A DNA stretch of 63,736 nucleotides, filler included, from Atractiella rhizophila (Eukaryota): NCBI GenBank assembly GCA_021432655.1. It is 3 parts of 3 records of this genome, joined end to end, with 100 filler letters (N's around TTAATTAATTAA, not from the genome) between each part and the next. Parts side by side here need not be neighbours in the genome. Positions count along the whole stretch, not along the records: positions 22,603 to 44,847 come from MU271818.1; positions 44,948 to 63,736 come from MU271856.1; 1 more part is not named here. The stretch is one strand, 5' to 3'. Position 1 is the stretch's first letter. The number at the start of each line of letters is the position of its first letter. Below the pieces are notes generated by a model. The model saw only the letters and a program-made list of their open reading frames with translations, ran no database searches and was not told where the DNA came from. This document shows, one piece after another, positions 36,057 to 47,475 of this stretch. A program made the translations under genes and the position numbers.

Positions 36057-38214
36057 ATGGCAGGAATACAGTTGAAGAATGATCTCATCGTTGAGAAGTA
36101 CCCTTTTCCAGTCGCTGACAGACTGAAGGAAGAGATAACAAAACCTGAGTAAGCCGCCTTTCCTGCTCCAGGTGATGACTCTGACGTTTTCATCTCGGAA
36201 ACAGCGGTAAGCTGGACCTCTCTCGGACCAGAAAAGTTTTAAGCAAAACGTCGTCTATGGGACGTAGTATGGACTATCATGTCTCCTGCATCGGGACACA
36301 TCCCTTCCGTTTGTTCTCTTCCCTCCGATACTATGGTATCTGATCGTCGCTCTACACAGGACGCCGTGAATCTCGGCCAAGGATGTTCGTCCTCTTCTCT
36401 TCCCTTTTTCTTCGACTGATGCGTCTTCAACCCTTTGACAGTCATGAATTGGACTCCACGTCAGTCTCTTTTCCATATCTCCATTACCATAGTCACCAGC
36501 GTTTGTGCATGAACAGCGGAATTCATCCAAAAGGCAGCCTTCTCAGCCATCACCCAAGTTGAGACGAACCACTATTCGCATCCTCGAGGCCGAATCAGGC
36601 TGAGGAATGCGCTGAGCGAATACCTCTCCCCTTCGATGGGCCTGGGAAGGAACCTGGATCCAGCAAAAGAGATCGTAATTACTTCAGGAGCGAATGAGGT
36701 TCGTCATCCCTCCTCTCTTGAAATAATCTGATTGGTTGACGATGGATAGGGAATTCATGCGTTTTGCACTGCTTTTTTGAATGATGGTGACGAGGTGATT
36801 TTATTCGAGGTCCGTCCCTTCACTTCCATCGCATGAGGCGGAAGTTGATACGGTGACACAGCCTTTCTTCGACCAAGTTCGTCGTTTTCAGTTCATTTCA
36901 CTCCAAAGGTTCTCATTTACGTCTCTGCTGAACAGTACATTGCAAACACCTCTTTCAACGGTGGCGTTCCCGTTTTCGTCCCTCTCCATCCTCCTTCTAA
37001 AGCTTCGACCTCTACAATTGGTTCATCCGAATGGAAGGTCGACATCGCAGAGCTGAGGGCCGCCATCACGAAGAAAACCAAGGCCATCTTCGTCAATACA
37101 CCACATAATCCTGTGGGGAAAATTTTCTCTGAACAGGAGCTGAGAGAGATCGGGGAGATCGCGAAGGAGTTTAATCTGATTATCATGAGCGATGAAGTGT
37201 ACGACTGTCTTCCCCTCAACGGTATGGCCTCCTTTCCCTTTCTCCCTTCCAGCCTGCTCTGCTGATGAGCCAGTGCTGATACGTTTGATATGGTAAAGGG
37301 GAGAAGTTTGTGCGGATGGCGTCGATTGACGACTATTGGAACAGAACAGTGACAGTAGGGAGTGCAGTGCGTCCCCTTGTTCCGCCTCATTTGGTTGATT
37401 GGCAAGCTGATGGGATGGACAGGGAAAGACCTTTGCCGCCACTGGTTGGCGTGTCGGATGGGCAGTGGGACCTGAATACCTCATCCAACCACTCTTAAGT
37501 GCTACGTCCGTCGCCTCTTTCCTCTCGTTTCAGCAGTTCCTTCTGATATTCGATTGAGGTAGGACCCGAATTGTTTTCTGCTGCAATGTGCGCCACCACC
37601 TTCCTTTTGCTCAGTAACAGTTTCTAATGTCGCAAAATATGATCAGAGCCCTTGTCAGGAAGCTGTTGCTGCTGGTCTTGAGGAAGGCATGAAGAATGGA
37701 TTTTTCGCGGAACAAGTCAAGGAGTATGAGGAGCGTCTCAAGATCGTTTCGGACGGCTTTGACGCGCTGGGCGTGAGTCACTTCCCACTTGCCTTGAATG
37801 AGAAAAGGGATCGTGTGAGCTGAGCTGACGGTGTTGGGTAGTTGCCTTACACCATCCCCCAAGGATCTTACTTCATCCTGCTCTGCATCGAGTTCGTCCC
37901 TTTCTGAAGCTTTCTACTTTCTGACCGTCCTTCTCTCTTCTTCACGATGTAGCAAGCTCAAGATCCCCACTTCCTTCCAGATTCCTGACATAATCAAACA
38001 ATTCGCTCCTGACTTCCGGGCTTGTTGGTTCATCGTTCAAACCGCAAAAGTGGTCTCTATCCCTGCAACTGCTTTCTATGATAAGAAGCATTGGGGGATT
38101 GGAGAACATTATCTCAGATTTTCGTTCTGTAAGGACACGGAAACCTTGAAGGAAGGAATGAGGAGGTTGGAGGTGTTGAAGCAGTATATCGAAGGGAAAC
38201 AGATCACGATTTAA
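36057..38214 (+). CDS. BNA3: Kynurenine/aromatic aminotransferase (PLP class I)
   Basis: AVNLGQG, ITSGANEG, EPFFDQY, NTPHNPVGK, SDEV, GKTFAATGWRVGW, YLRFSFCK. Confidence 0.9.
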
Positions 38215-38312
38215 TTCGCTTAACTCTAGGTGGAAGCTTGAAGGATCTAAAAGTCTTGAATCGAAATTGTTATTACACACAAGAGAGTTGTAGAACCTTA
38301 GACCATTGCAAA

Positions 38313-39262
38313 TCAACCCAGAGCAGAGAAAAACTGTCTCATCCATCAGTTACCACATTTCAGGGAAGGCAAGAATTAAAAGACGTGCCTCGTTGTAAGC
38401 TCTTTCGAGGTCGAAGAACATCTGTCTTGATTGATCTTCCGAAATCTCATCTGACGCACGCATCTGATTGAGAGTGATCAACCTAGCCCGAAAGGAACTG
38501 ATTAGCATGCATCTCGCCTGTAATGGAGCAGACAGACAGACCAAGAGAGAATCTTCGGACGTCCTTCCCACTCTCCAGAGTTTTTGAATCGCGAATAGGA
38601 AGAAATAAGATCTGTGAGCAAGTGATGCAGTTGGTCTTTCGCTCGGAGATTGAGCTTGAGAGCGTCCATAATGGTGATAAAATTCTAAAAGAAGTTAATA
38701 ACGGCACCAGTATCCAGGGAAGACGCCCACATGTGTCGTCTCTGCTACCCATTTCGCAGTCTCAATCCCTTCCTCTGCACTGTGCTCAACGGTCGCTGGC
38801 ACGCCAACTCGGACGCGATGGGAGGCGGCAGGTACATCGAGCTTTCCATTCATCCAGCAGGAGGGTTAGTGCTTGCTCTTGTGGATGGGAAGGAGGGGCA
38901 AACGCGATATTCTGAGCAGAAAGCATCCACGCTCCTGAAGTCCTGCTGTTCATGCAGCAAACGGGTTATGGTTTTGTACCTGGCAAGAAGCCTTGTACAC
39001 GCTGGTGTATACCTGTACCTCTACCTGAATGAGAGAGCACATAAATATAGGATACAAACTGTGGAGGCGTGATGCTATCCCTAATATACGCCTTTTCGAG
39101 AAAATTCAGGGAGACAAGGATGGAATAAAGTGTTGAGAGAGAGTTGAACCGTTCACGCTCGTTCGGCAGGAATGGGCGGACTTCCTGTTTCCTCAGGTTG
39201 ATAAGAAAGACAGACACAGATTAAAGAAGACCTTCCTCGTCCAGGTTGAACTGAGAGCTCAT
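38313..39262 (-). CDS. VPS28: ESCRT-I subunit Vps28
   Basis: NLDEEVR, LYSILVSLNFLEKAYIRDSI, YTPACTRLL, LITLNQMRASDEI..RQMFFDLERAYNE; the final exon FFSALG* follows a GC-AG intron (38334-38388). Confidence 0.93.
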
Positions 39263-40045
39263 GCTGACTCCACTTGGTGACTATCGCGATGTCAACTGAC
39301 AATAAATTTCCGAAGTTTACTAGACTCAACTTACTGCGGAAGACAAGGATTTCTCAAAAGCAGAGTTGTCCGAGTTGTGAACTCCTGTTAGAATTATCTT
39401 TCCAATCTCGATTATCTCCCATTCATCGACCTCCTTTGTGGAACGTCTGTAAATGATTTCGACAGGGCCAACATTAGGAGTGATAAAATTCCTGCTCGAA
39501 AAGATGAGCTGGGACGGCGGATTGCCCAATCCCCCACATCTACTGCCTCCCAGAAGACTCTCGGAGTAATACACGGTTCTCACTTGATTACTCCATCCTT
39601 ACTTTTGCCCTGTCGGAAAATTGCAATCTTTGACTCACCTTGGTCGATTGAATCTACGCCAGCGCGTTTCCTTCCCCAGAACCGAATCTCAAAGACAGAT
39701 GTGAACGGGCTCAGTCCGCTGTCATGTCTTTCAGATAAACCATTAGATGATATGGAGGATGTACGCAGAGAAATCCATCGGAAAGTGTAAATTACATGTT
39801 GTAATACATATCTCCAGGTAATTCTACATTCTTGCGTCTTTATCTCGGTGAGTTGTCCCAACGAGGCATATGGTATTGAAGCAGAGTCGATGAGGAAATT
39901 CACCTTCAGACCCAACTCATGAGGTCACGAAAGCGATCCCAGCCTAGTCTTCAATTGGACGATAAATCTGATCGCTCTAGGCCTTGAATTATTCTTAGTA
40001 ATGTGTAGTCAAATCTCCTTCCCACACTCTCAAAAAAAAACTCAC

Positions 40046-42619
40046 CTAGGCTCCTAAGCTTCTACTCGTCAAGACCAGACCAATCGTGTCTTCATCCAGT
40101 GTATTTCCCCTCTGATAAACCGTCAAGATATCCCTCGCAGTCTTACTCAGCCAATGCAATTCTTCCTTCACTTTGCACACGATCGCGCACGCTTCAATCA
40201 CGTCCTCTTTGACTTTCGCATACTCTTTCAACTCTCCACCCATCCTGAGGAAGGCAACACAACGACAGAGTCCTTGTAGACCGATGGCATAAGCGTAGGA
40301 GAGAACTGAGACTTGGGAAAGGCGAGCAAGTTCGAAAAGAGGAGCCGTGCGCGAAGGATGCGACTTGGGAGGAAGAAGGAGGCTGACGAGTGCTCGGGAA
40401 GACTCGAATGTTCGTTGGAAGCTGATTCGGGTTTTGTCTGGAGTAACAAATGGTTCGTGTAACATGATAGTTGATCTGCAAGCTTATTAGCCCTGAGAAC
40501 TGCATGAGGTATGAGAACCTGGTCTCACGCGTGAAAGATGGCGTGAGGCGCAAACCGCATCCACCACCACAGTTCGAGCTCCGGTGGGGGTTCTGTGCTT
40601 ATTCGTTCGGGGAAGAAACGAGACGGGAAAGCGTGCCAGAATTTGCGATGCGTGGTATCCAGTGTCTGCAGTCTTCGGCTATCTGTCCTTTAGCACAGAA
40701 CAAGGTTTGGCTTGAAGCAGAAGGTAGGCGACCGACCGTATCGCTGTCTCGTCTTTCTTGTAAGGCAGACGCAAACGAAAATCAATGGTTCCTGATTTAC
40801 GTTCAGAAAATCTATTAGGAGGAATGTGGTAGTGCGTACTGGACCAAAGGATGCAGACCTTCACCAATAACCTACTATTCATGAAGCCATTTTCTTCCGA
40901 ATTGGTCGTCCAAAACTTTTCAGACCGCAAAAACGCCTCGTCTGTTGCTTTCTGTTTCTCCTGCTGAAGCAGTGGAAGGGAGTCATATACACCTATTTAT
41001 ACATTAGGTTTAGATGCATGGAGAAAGTGAGACAAACTTTCGGGAACCGACGAAGAAAGGAGTAGCTGTGACCGCGCAAATACGTCCAGGGTGAGTAGAG
41101 TCCAAAACGTCCCTGCTCTTTAGGTGCAGCTCAGCCATGAAGGACAGAAATAAGTCAGAAACGGAACACGAACCTCTCAAACATCTCCTCCTTCGTGAAA
41201 GTGCCGAGAGCGAAGGTCTATATCTCAAGTCAGCAAACGTTTAAGAGAGTGCAGAAAGGAACGTGCGTGAAATTGGAAGCAGATAGACAATCGTAGGCAT
41301 TGGTCGATGTTGACTAATGAACCAAATCTAGTCTTGCTCAGAGTGGTCCCCAACCAGAGAGGACTTAGGGAAATGCATACGATGGAAGTTCTTCTAAATC
41401 TGTCACACAATCCAAGCACATCCGTGCCCACAGGATATCTCTCTATACACCTGTTCAGCATCTTAGGTCCTCCTCGACACAAGATGTACAGAGGCATACC
41501 GGCTTTTCTGGAAGATACAGATCTTGCATCCACTTCCTGATCCACCACCTTCCCCATCCCAAGTGATAAAGCATCGCAAGTTCCCGCTCTCCTCCTTCCC
41601 CCACTATAACTCCGTCCAAAGATCCCGGACCAGTGTGTTTCCAGTACTTGCCCCATTGCGAAAGCTGATTTATGGTAGGGGAAGGAGAATATTTGAGGGC
41701 TTGAAAAGCTATGGCATGTAATAGAGATGGATGGGGAGAGTCGATATGTGAAGATTCCAGGGACAGGCGTTCAAGAAACCGGGGGAGAGAGAACGGGAGC
41801 AGCATCACGCGTCGACATGAAAAATATCCATTGATCCTGTCTCAATAATATCAGCACATTCATCACCAAATGGCGAACTATACTCGCAAAGAAAGTAGAA
41901 TTCCCAGATTGGGGACGTCCGAAGGAAAACTGCGAAATTTAGCAAATTTCTCTTCGTCCGTATTCCTTCCTCCTCCTGCTCCCCTTGCGAGCGAATAAAG
42001 AGGCATCCCATTCTTCTCCGTCAACCCTAAATCCATCTCAGTTCGCATCAACATCCCTTCTCTCTCAGCTTCCATAAGCGGATCAGGAGGCTCGAGGTCT
42101 TGAAGTCGCGGCAGAAGTGTGGCAGGAGCGTTACTTGGAGAGCCCATGCCGAAAGCGGTTCGTATTTGTACTACAGAAATAGGTGTGGATGAAGAAGAAG
42201 CGAAGGGATGGTGTTGGTGTGAGAGAAGAAAAGCAGCTTGAACTGGATCGGTCTCAATATCAGCTGCTGACTCTTCAGGGGTGTCATGTTGTCTCCGTCG
42301 AATACCAGGTGCAACAGTAATCGCTTCTAGCTCTTGCTCCAGCGTCTCTAGCCTTTCTTCAGATGGTAATTACAGTAAAAGTGAGAAACACACTTATTCT
42401 CTCCTGTAAACCTCTCACACTTGCATCCTCCTCCTCGTCCGCGCGACTCCGCTTCCCCAACCAACGAGGCTTCGAGTCGAATGCACACTTTTTCGCTGTC
42501 CCTCGAGAAATACAAGCCTCGCATGCTTTATTCTCCTGGTCGCTCGAAGGACCTGAGCATTTAATCTTCTTTTTCCTGCACTGAACACAGGCTTGACCGC
42601 GGTGGAGAGGGGCAGGCAT
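40046..42619 (-). CDS. Zn(II)2Cys6 fungal transcription factor
   Basis: ACVQCRKKKIKC...CEAC.......C binuclear cluster, then a coiled coil and a middle-homology-like region (PHPSLLHAI). Confidence 0.85.
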
Positions 42620-42904
42620 AGAGCAAGTAGTATCAGAGGCAATCTCAGAACTGGATGTACAATCTGATGAAACGCGACAGGACTATGTGGCATTCGTGAG
42701 CTGTTGCTGGATGTTGCTTATTATTGCTTACCAGACGAAGCTAGGTCATGTGATCTACAAAAGGTCCGAACGCAAATATTTGACTTGATCGACTCCTCCC
42801 AACACAAAGAAAGACAGAAAGACAACCAAGGCCTCTCCAATTCGACCTCTCGTTCTCTGCAGTGCAATATATCACAAAGGTCTACTCCGAGAACAAAAGA
42901 CAAT

Positions 42905-44847
42905 ATGCCGCGTTCACGCACACGCTCTCCCTCCGCGTCGGGCACGCGTCGAGGCTCAGAGGCACCTCCTTCCAATCCCACAGTTCTGAGGAGAGAACTT
43001 TCCAACTTGGTGCTAGAGGACAGCTTCAGAGTTTGTCGTCTATAGCCTGTCTGAACGAACGGTGGTGTTAATTGATGTGTCGTGGCTTGTTTGTAGATTT
43101 TGATTGCAACCGACAACCACATCGGATATATGGAGAAGGATCCGGTCAGGGGAAGGGATAGTATCAATACTTTTAAGGAAATTTTAGAGATTGGAAGAGA
43201 GAAGGATGTGCGTTTTCTCAATACTTGTCTTCCTCTTTGGGCTGGAATGGAAGTTAGTTCGAGCATGAAATATGCTTCACAGAGTGGGACCTACAATCTC
43301 TTTGGAGCCTGTACGAAGCTTCCTTATCGTGGGAAGGCGCGTGAAGCCAAATATGTGCCATTAGCTTCTACTTTCGCAACGGCGTTTGAAAGCATGCGCG
43401 CATATGAGAATCAGAGCCACTGTCGTGCACTTTATCGTAAAGCTGCATGTACACACAAGCCAGGCCAGTTGCGTCGGGTGTACGTTGTCAATTTATCCCG
43501 TCTGTACTTCCCATGTTTGTCATATCATCTCTTTTGCATTGTTGTTCCATGAAACACGCGAAATTGTTTGCTACTACCCACTGAACTGAAGAGCTGACCT
43601 CTCTTGAAGGTCGACTTTGTCCTCCTTGCTGGCGATCTATTTCACGAAAACAAACCGTCCTCTTCTTCGCTCTGGCAAGTGATGTCCTTATTACGCGAGT
43701 ATTCTTTCAACAGTCGCCCGGTTTCTGTCGAGTTGTTGTCGGATGCCGGAGTGGGCATTACGAGCGAATTCAGGTATCTATTCCGCTGTCTTGCAGGATG
43801 GTTCAATCACTCAATTGAAATTGGTGGGTAGCTTTCCGCCTATCAATTACGAAGATCAGAACCTCAATGTTGGCCTTCCCATCTTCTCTATACATGGAAA
43901 TCACGATGATCCACAAGGAGCAGGACCGGTGAGCATTTTCTGCTCAATTCTTTCTTTCGCTCCATTCTCTCCGTCTCGAGGGACATAATTGAACTTGATG
44001 ATCTTAAACGGGGTAGGAAGGCGCTCTGTGTGCCCTGGACCTGCTCTCCGCTGCAGGAGTGATCAACTACTTCGGTCGCTTGGAGCTTCCGGGAACGGCA
44101 GTGGACGACGCGGCGGCTTTGCAGAGTGGAATTCGAGTGCGTCCCCCTTGTTCTGCTCTGTGACATATCGACTTACACATTTTTGCTTGTAATATAGCTG
44201 AAACCAATCCTACTGCAGAAGGGGAAGTCAAAGTTGGCCATGTATGGCATTGGGAACATACGGGACGAGAGATTTCATTATGAGATGAAAAATGGAAGGA
44301 TTAGCATGTTTAGGCCGCAGGAAGGAGCTGATGAATATTTCAACCTGGTGCTCATACATCAAAATCGGTTCGTCAATCTGCCATTTCTACCTTGTGTTCT
44401 GTCGTTACTTTGAGAAACCGTAACTGATGGACTTCGTGGTAAAGTGTACCTCGCGGACCTGGTAACTTTGTGCCAGAGAACGGTTTTGGCGACGAAGTCG
44501 ACCTTATCATTTGGGGGCATGAGCACGACAATCGTATACAGCCTGAACCGGTCGCTGGAAAGAATTACCATATATCCCAGCCAGGAAGTTCGATTGCTAC
44601 ATCACTTGCAGAGGGGGAAGCTGGTGACAAGTGCGTCGTGCCGCAGTCTTGTTCCCTGAATGGTTCTTGAACTGACGTTATGATTTACGTGCTGGCATTT
44701 GATTTCTGTGCAGGCAAGTTGCTATCCTTACGATTAGAGGAAGCGACTTTCAGATACAACCGATCACGCTCAAAACTGTCCGTCCATTCGTGATTGACAA
44801 CGTCGTGCTTTCTTGGGAAGAAGAAGAGAACGGTTTGGATTTCAAGA
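42905..44847 (+). CDS. MRE11: Mre11 nuclease, 5' part (cut by the contig end)
   Basis: [73 protein letters not shown]. Confidence 0.96.
43247..43514 (+). ncRNA. Candidate structured RNA inside MRE11 intron 2 (43208-43609)
   Basis: At least seven stems found by eye in a 402-nt intron; family not recognised (see findings). Confidence 0.45.
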
Positions 44848-44947
44848 NNNNNNNNNNNNNNNNNNNNNNNNNNNNNNNNNNNNNNNNNNNNTTAATTAAT
44901 TAANNNNNNNNNNNNNNNNNNNNNNNNNNNNNNNNNNNNNNNNNNNN
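44848..44947. other. Artificial contig-joining spacer
   Basis: 44 N + TTAATTAATTAA + 44 N. Confidence 0.98.
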
Positions 44948-45422
44948 GTTCCCCGCCTGTTGCGAAGTAGGCACTTCAGGCAGCTGGCTGGCTGCAACGT
45001 GTGAAGTGCACTTGTGTCACGACTTCCATCTCACACAAAGAAACCTTTTTCAGGTCCAGGTGCTTACCCTAACGTGCACATCAGTCATAAATTACCACTC
45101 AGGATCAGCAAGGTTTGCAACATGTGAAGTGAGCCTTTGTCGCGAATTTCACTTTTTAAGAGCAAAGGGGACTTAGTGGACCCTAGATTGGCATCGCTAG
45201 AATGCTCCTCAGTTCCCTAAAATGATACTCAATTCTCAGCAATGATACTAGATTCTATCATGTGAACAGAAGTTAGCAAGAATGAGACTCCCTCTGCTTG
45301 AGCACTTCTAGCTTCACTTGATCACTTCTGTTTACTGACATGCTACAGACTTCACTTGAATGAAACTGGTTTGGTAGAAGTCAATAGGAATTTGGCACAG
45401 CAGTCTTGCTAACGGTACTTTA

Positions 45423-45695
45423 GGGTTCAACCCTGTCTCAGTCAGGACAGCATCCTGGCTGAATCCTTGTCTCCTGGCTGCACAACCCTGCCTCTGTGTG
45501 GAACAAGATCCTGGCTAAATCCTTGCCTCCTCGTGGTCCAGGATACAACCCTGCTTCTGTCAGGAACAACATCCTGGCTGAATCCTTCCCTCCTGGCTGC
45601 CCAGGGTACAACCCTGCCTCTATCAGGAATGGGAGCCTGGCTACATCCTTGCCTCCTAGGCACCCAGGGTACAACCCAGCCTCCAATAAAAACAG
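45423..45695. repeat. 63-bp minisatellite, about 4.4 degenerate units
   Basis: GG(G/A)TACAACCC recurs at 45541, 45604 and 45667, with degenerate units at 45423 and about 45482. Translates as 21-aa GYNPAS..RN..LA.S.PP..P repeats. Confidence 0.9.
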
Positions 45696-45828
45696 CGTCG
45701 TGATGAAAATGTTGGCTCTCAGCCAACCAGTTGTTGCCGGAATAATCATATTTATCTTGAGCTTCTGACTATGACTACCGGATAGTGTAGACAATGCACA
45801 CCATCCAAAAAACATTCAAAGAAACAAT

Positions 45829-47392
45829 ATGACGCTTCTTTCGCTAGACGACTCGCTCTCCCTCCTCCGCCGATGCCAGTTCCTCCCCGAAGAGACAATA
45901 AAGTGGATCTGCGAGCTCGTCAAGACCATACTCATTGAAGAGTGCAACATCCAGCCCGTCTCTTCCCCTGTTGTAGTTTGCGGGGATATACACGGGCAGC
46001 TGTGGGATCTCTTGGAGCTTTTCAATGTCGGTGGAGAGGTGGAAGACGGCACGCGATACGTTTTCATGGTTAGTCTTCTCTTGGGAACTTCGATGGGAGA
46101 CATGTCTTGTGTTGAATGCTGTAGTGATCCGTTTTGCGTGGATAGGGAGACTTCGTCGACCGTGGCTACTTCTCACTCGAAACCCTATCCCTTCTCCTCA
46201 CCCTCAAAGCGCGTTATCCGGACCGGATCACCCTCCTACGCGGAAACCACGAGTCGCGACAGATCACCCAAGTATATGGGTTCTACGGTCCGTCTTTCGA
46301 TCACCTTAACGGGACAATGTGAAAAGCTGACATGGATGTTTGGTATCACACCAGATGAGTGTTTGCAGAAGTACGGATCTGCGACAGTCTGGAAAGCTTG
46401 TTGTGGAGTATTCGACTTTCTCAACTTAGCCGCTGTGAGTCCTCATCCTCCTCATCATACCATGAGCTTCTAAACCTCACGTCTTCACTGATTGTCTATT
46501 GCTCATGATATCCTTTCTTTCCCTTTGTTGGAGCACAGATAATAGACAACTCCATCCTCTGCGTCCACGGCGGTCTTTCTCCCGAAATCCGGACACTGGA
46601 CCAAGTGAGGGTAATAAGTCGAGCACAGGAGATCCCTCACGAAGGAGCGTTCTGCGGTGCGTTCCCTCCACCTCCTCTCCAACAGGACCACCTTTCCCCT
46701 TCCGGAGCTCGGATATGAATTACTTACGAACCTCGGGATGACATTGCTTGGAATGGACAGACCTGATGTGGTCAGACCCAGACGATATCGATTCCTGGTC
46801 AGTTTCGCCGAGAGGAGCAGGATGGCTGTTTGGGGCCAAGGTCACGCATGAGGTGTGTTCTAGCACCATTTCTCCATTGTCTCCTTTCGCCTGAGACCGT
46901 GTTCATCCTCGTGATTGGGTGAAATAGTTCAACCATCTCAACAATCTTTCGCTTATCGCTCGCGCGCACCAGCTCGTTCAGGAAGGTTACAAGTTCATGT
47001 TCGACGATGTCCTGGTGACCGTTTGGTCAGCCCCGAATTACTGTTATCGGTGCGACTTCCCTTTCTCCCCTCTCCCGAAAACCGCAATCGCATCCTACCC
47101 TTCTAAGCCATTCTCTTCACCTGTACCTGTGCATCAGCCGCGGACGTTGACTCTGAGTGTGTTAGATGTGGCAACGTAGCCTCCGTCCTCGCCATCCCCG
47201 ACGACGGAGGAAAGAGGAAGATCGACGACCGCGACTTCCTCCTCTTCAACGCCGTGCCGAATCAGGAGCGTCCAGGTGGATTGCCGGGCGTGCGTCTAGG
47301 AGAAGCTAGTGTGAGTACCTCTCCTCTTTTTATTTTATGCGTGAAGCCGGCACCGAGGCTGAGAGCTTTTTGCATAGCAATACTTCCTTTGA
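45829..47392 (+). CDS. SIT4: PPP-family Ser/Thr phosphatase, Sit4/PP6-like
   Basis: [57 protein letters not shown]-terminal exon QYFL*. Confidence 0.9.
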
Positions 47393-47475
47393 TTGGTTTT
47401 GAAGGAGGACTTGTTTCCTGCTTTTGTTCGTTGTTTGTAGATGTGCTAGTGGTTAGTGCTTGTTGTAAATCTTTA

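Noticed and set aside
39280..39960. ORFs 39326-39583 and 39580-39915
   Set aside because: No recognisable homology, so a gene call cannot be supported.
43239..43290. SRP-like GGCTGGAATGG and group-I R-like TTCACAGA in the MRE11 intron
   Set aside because: There is no SRP helix-8 GNRA/AGCAG motif and no matching S element or P7 pairing, so neither family is supported.
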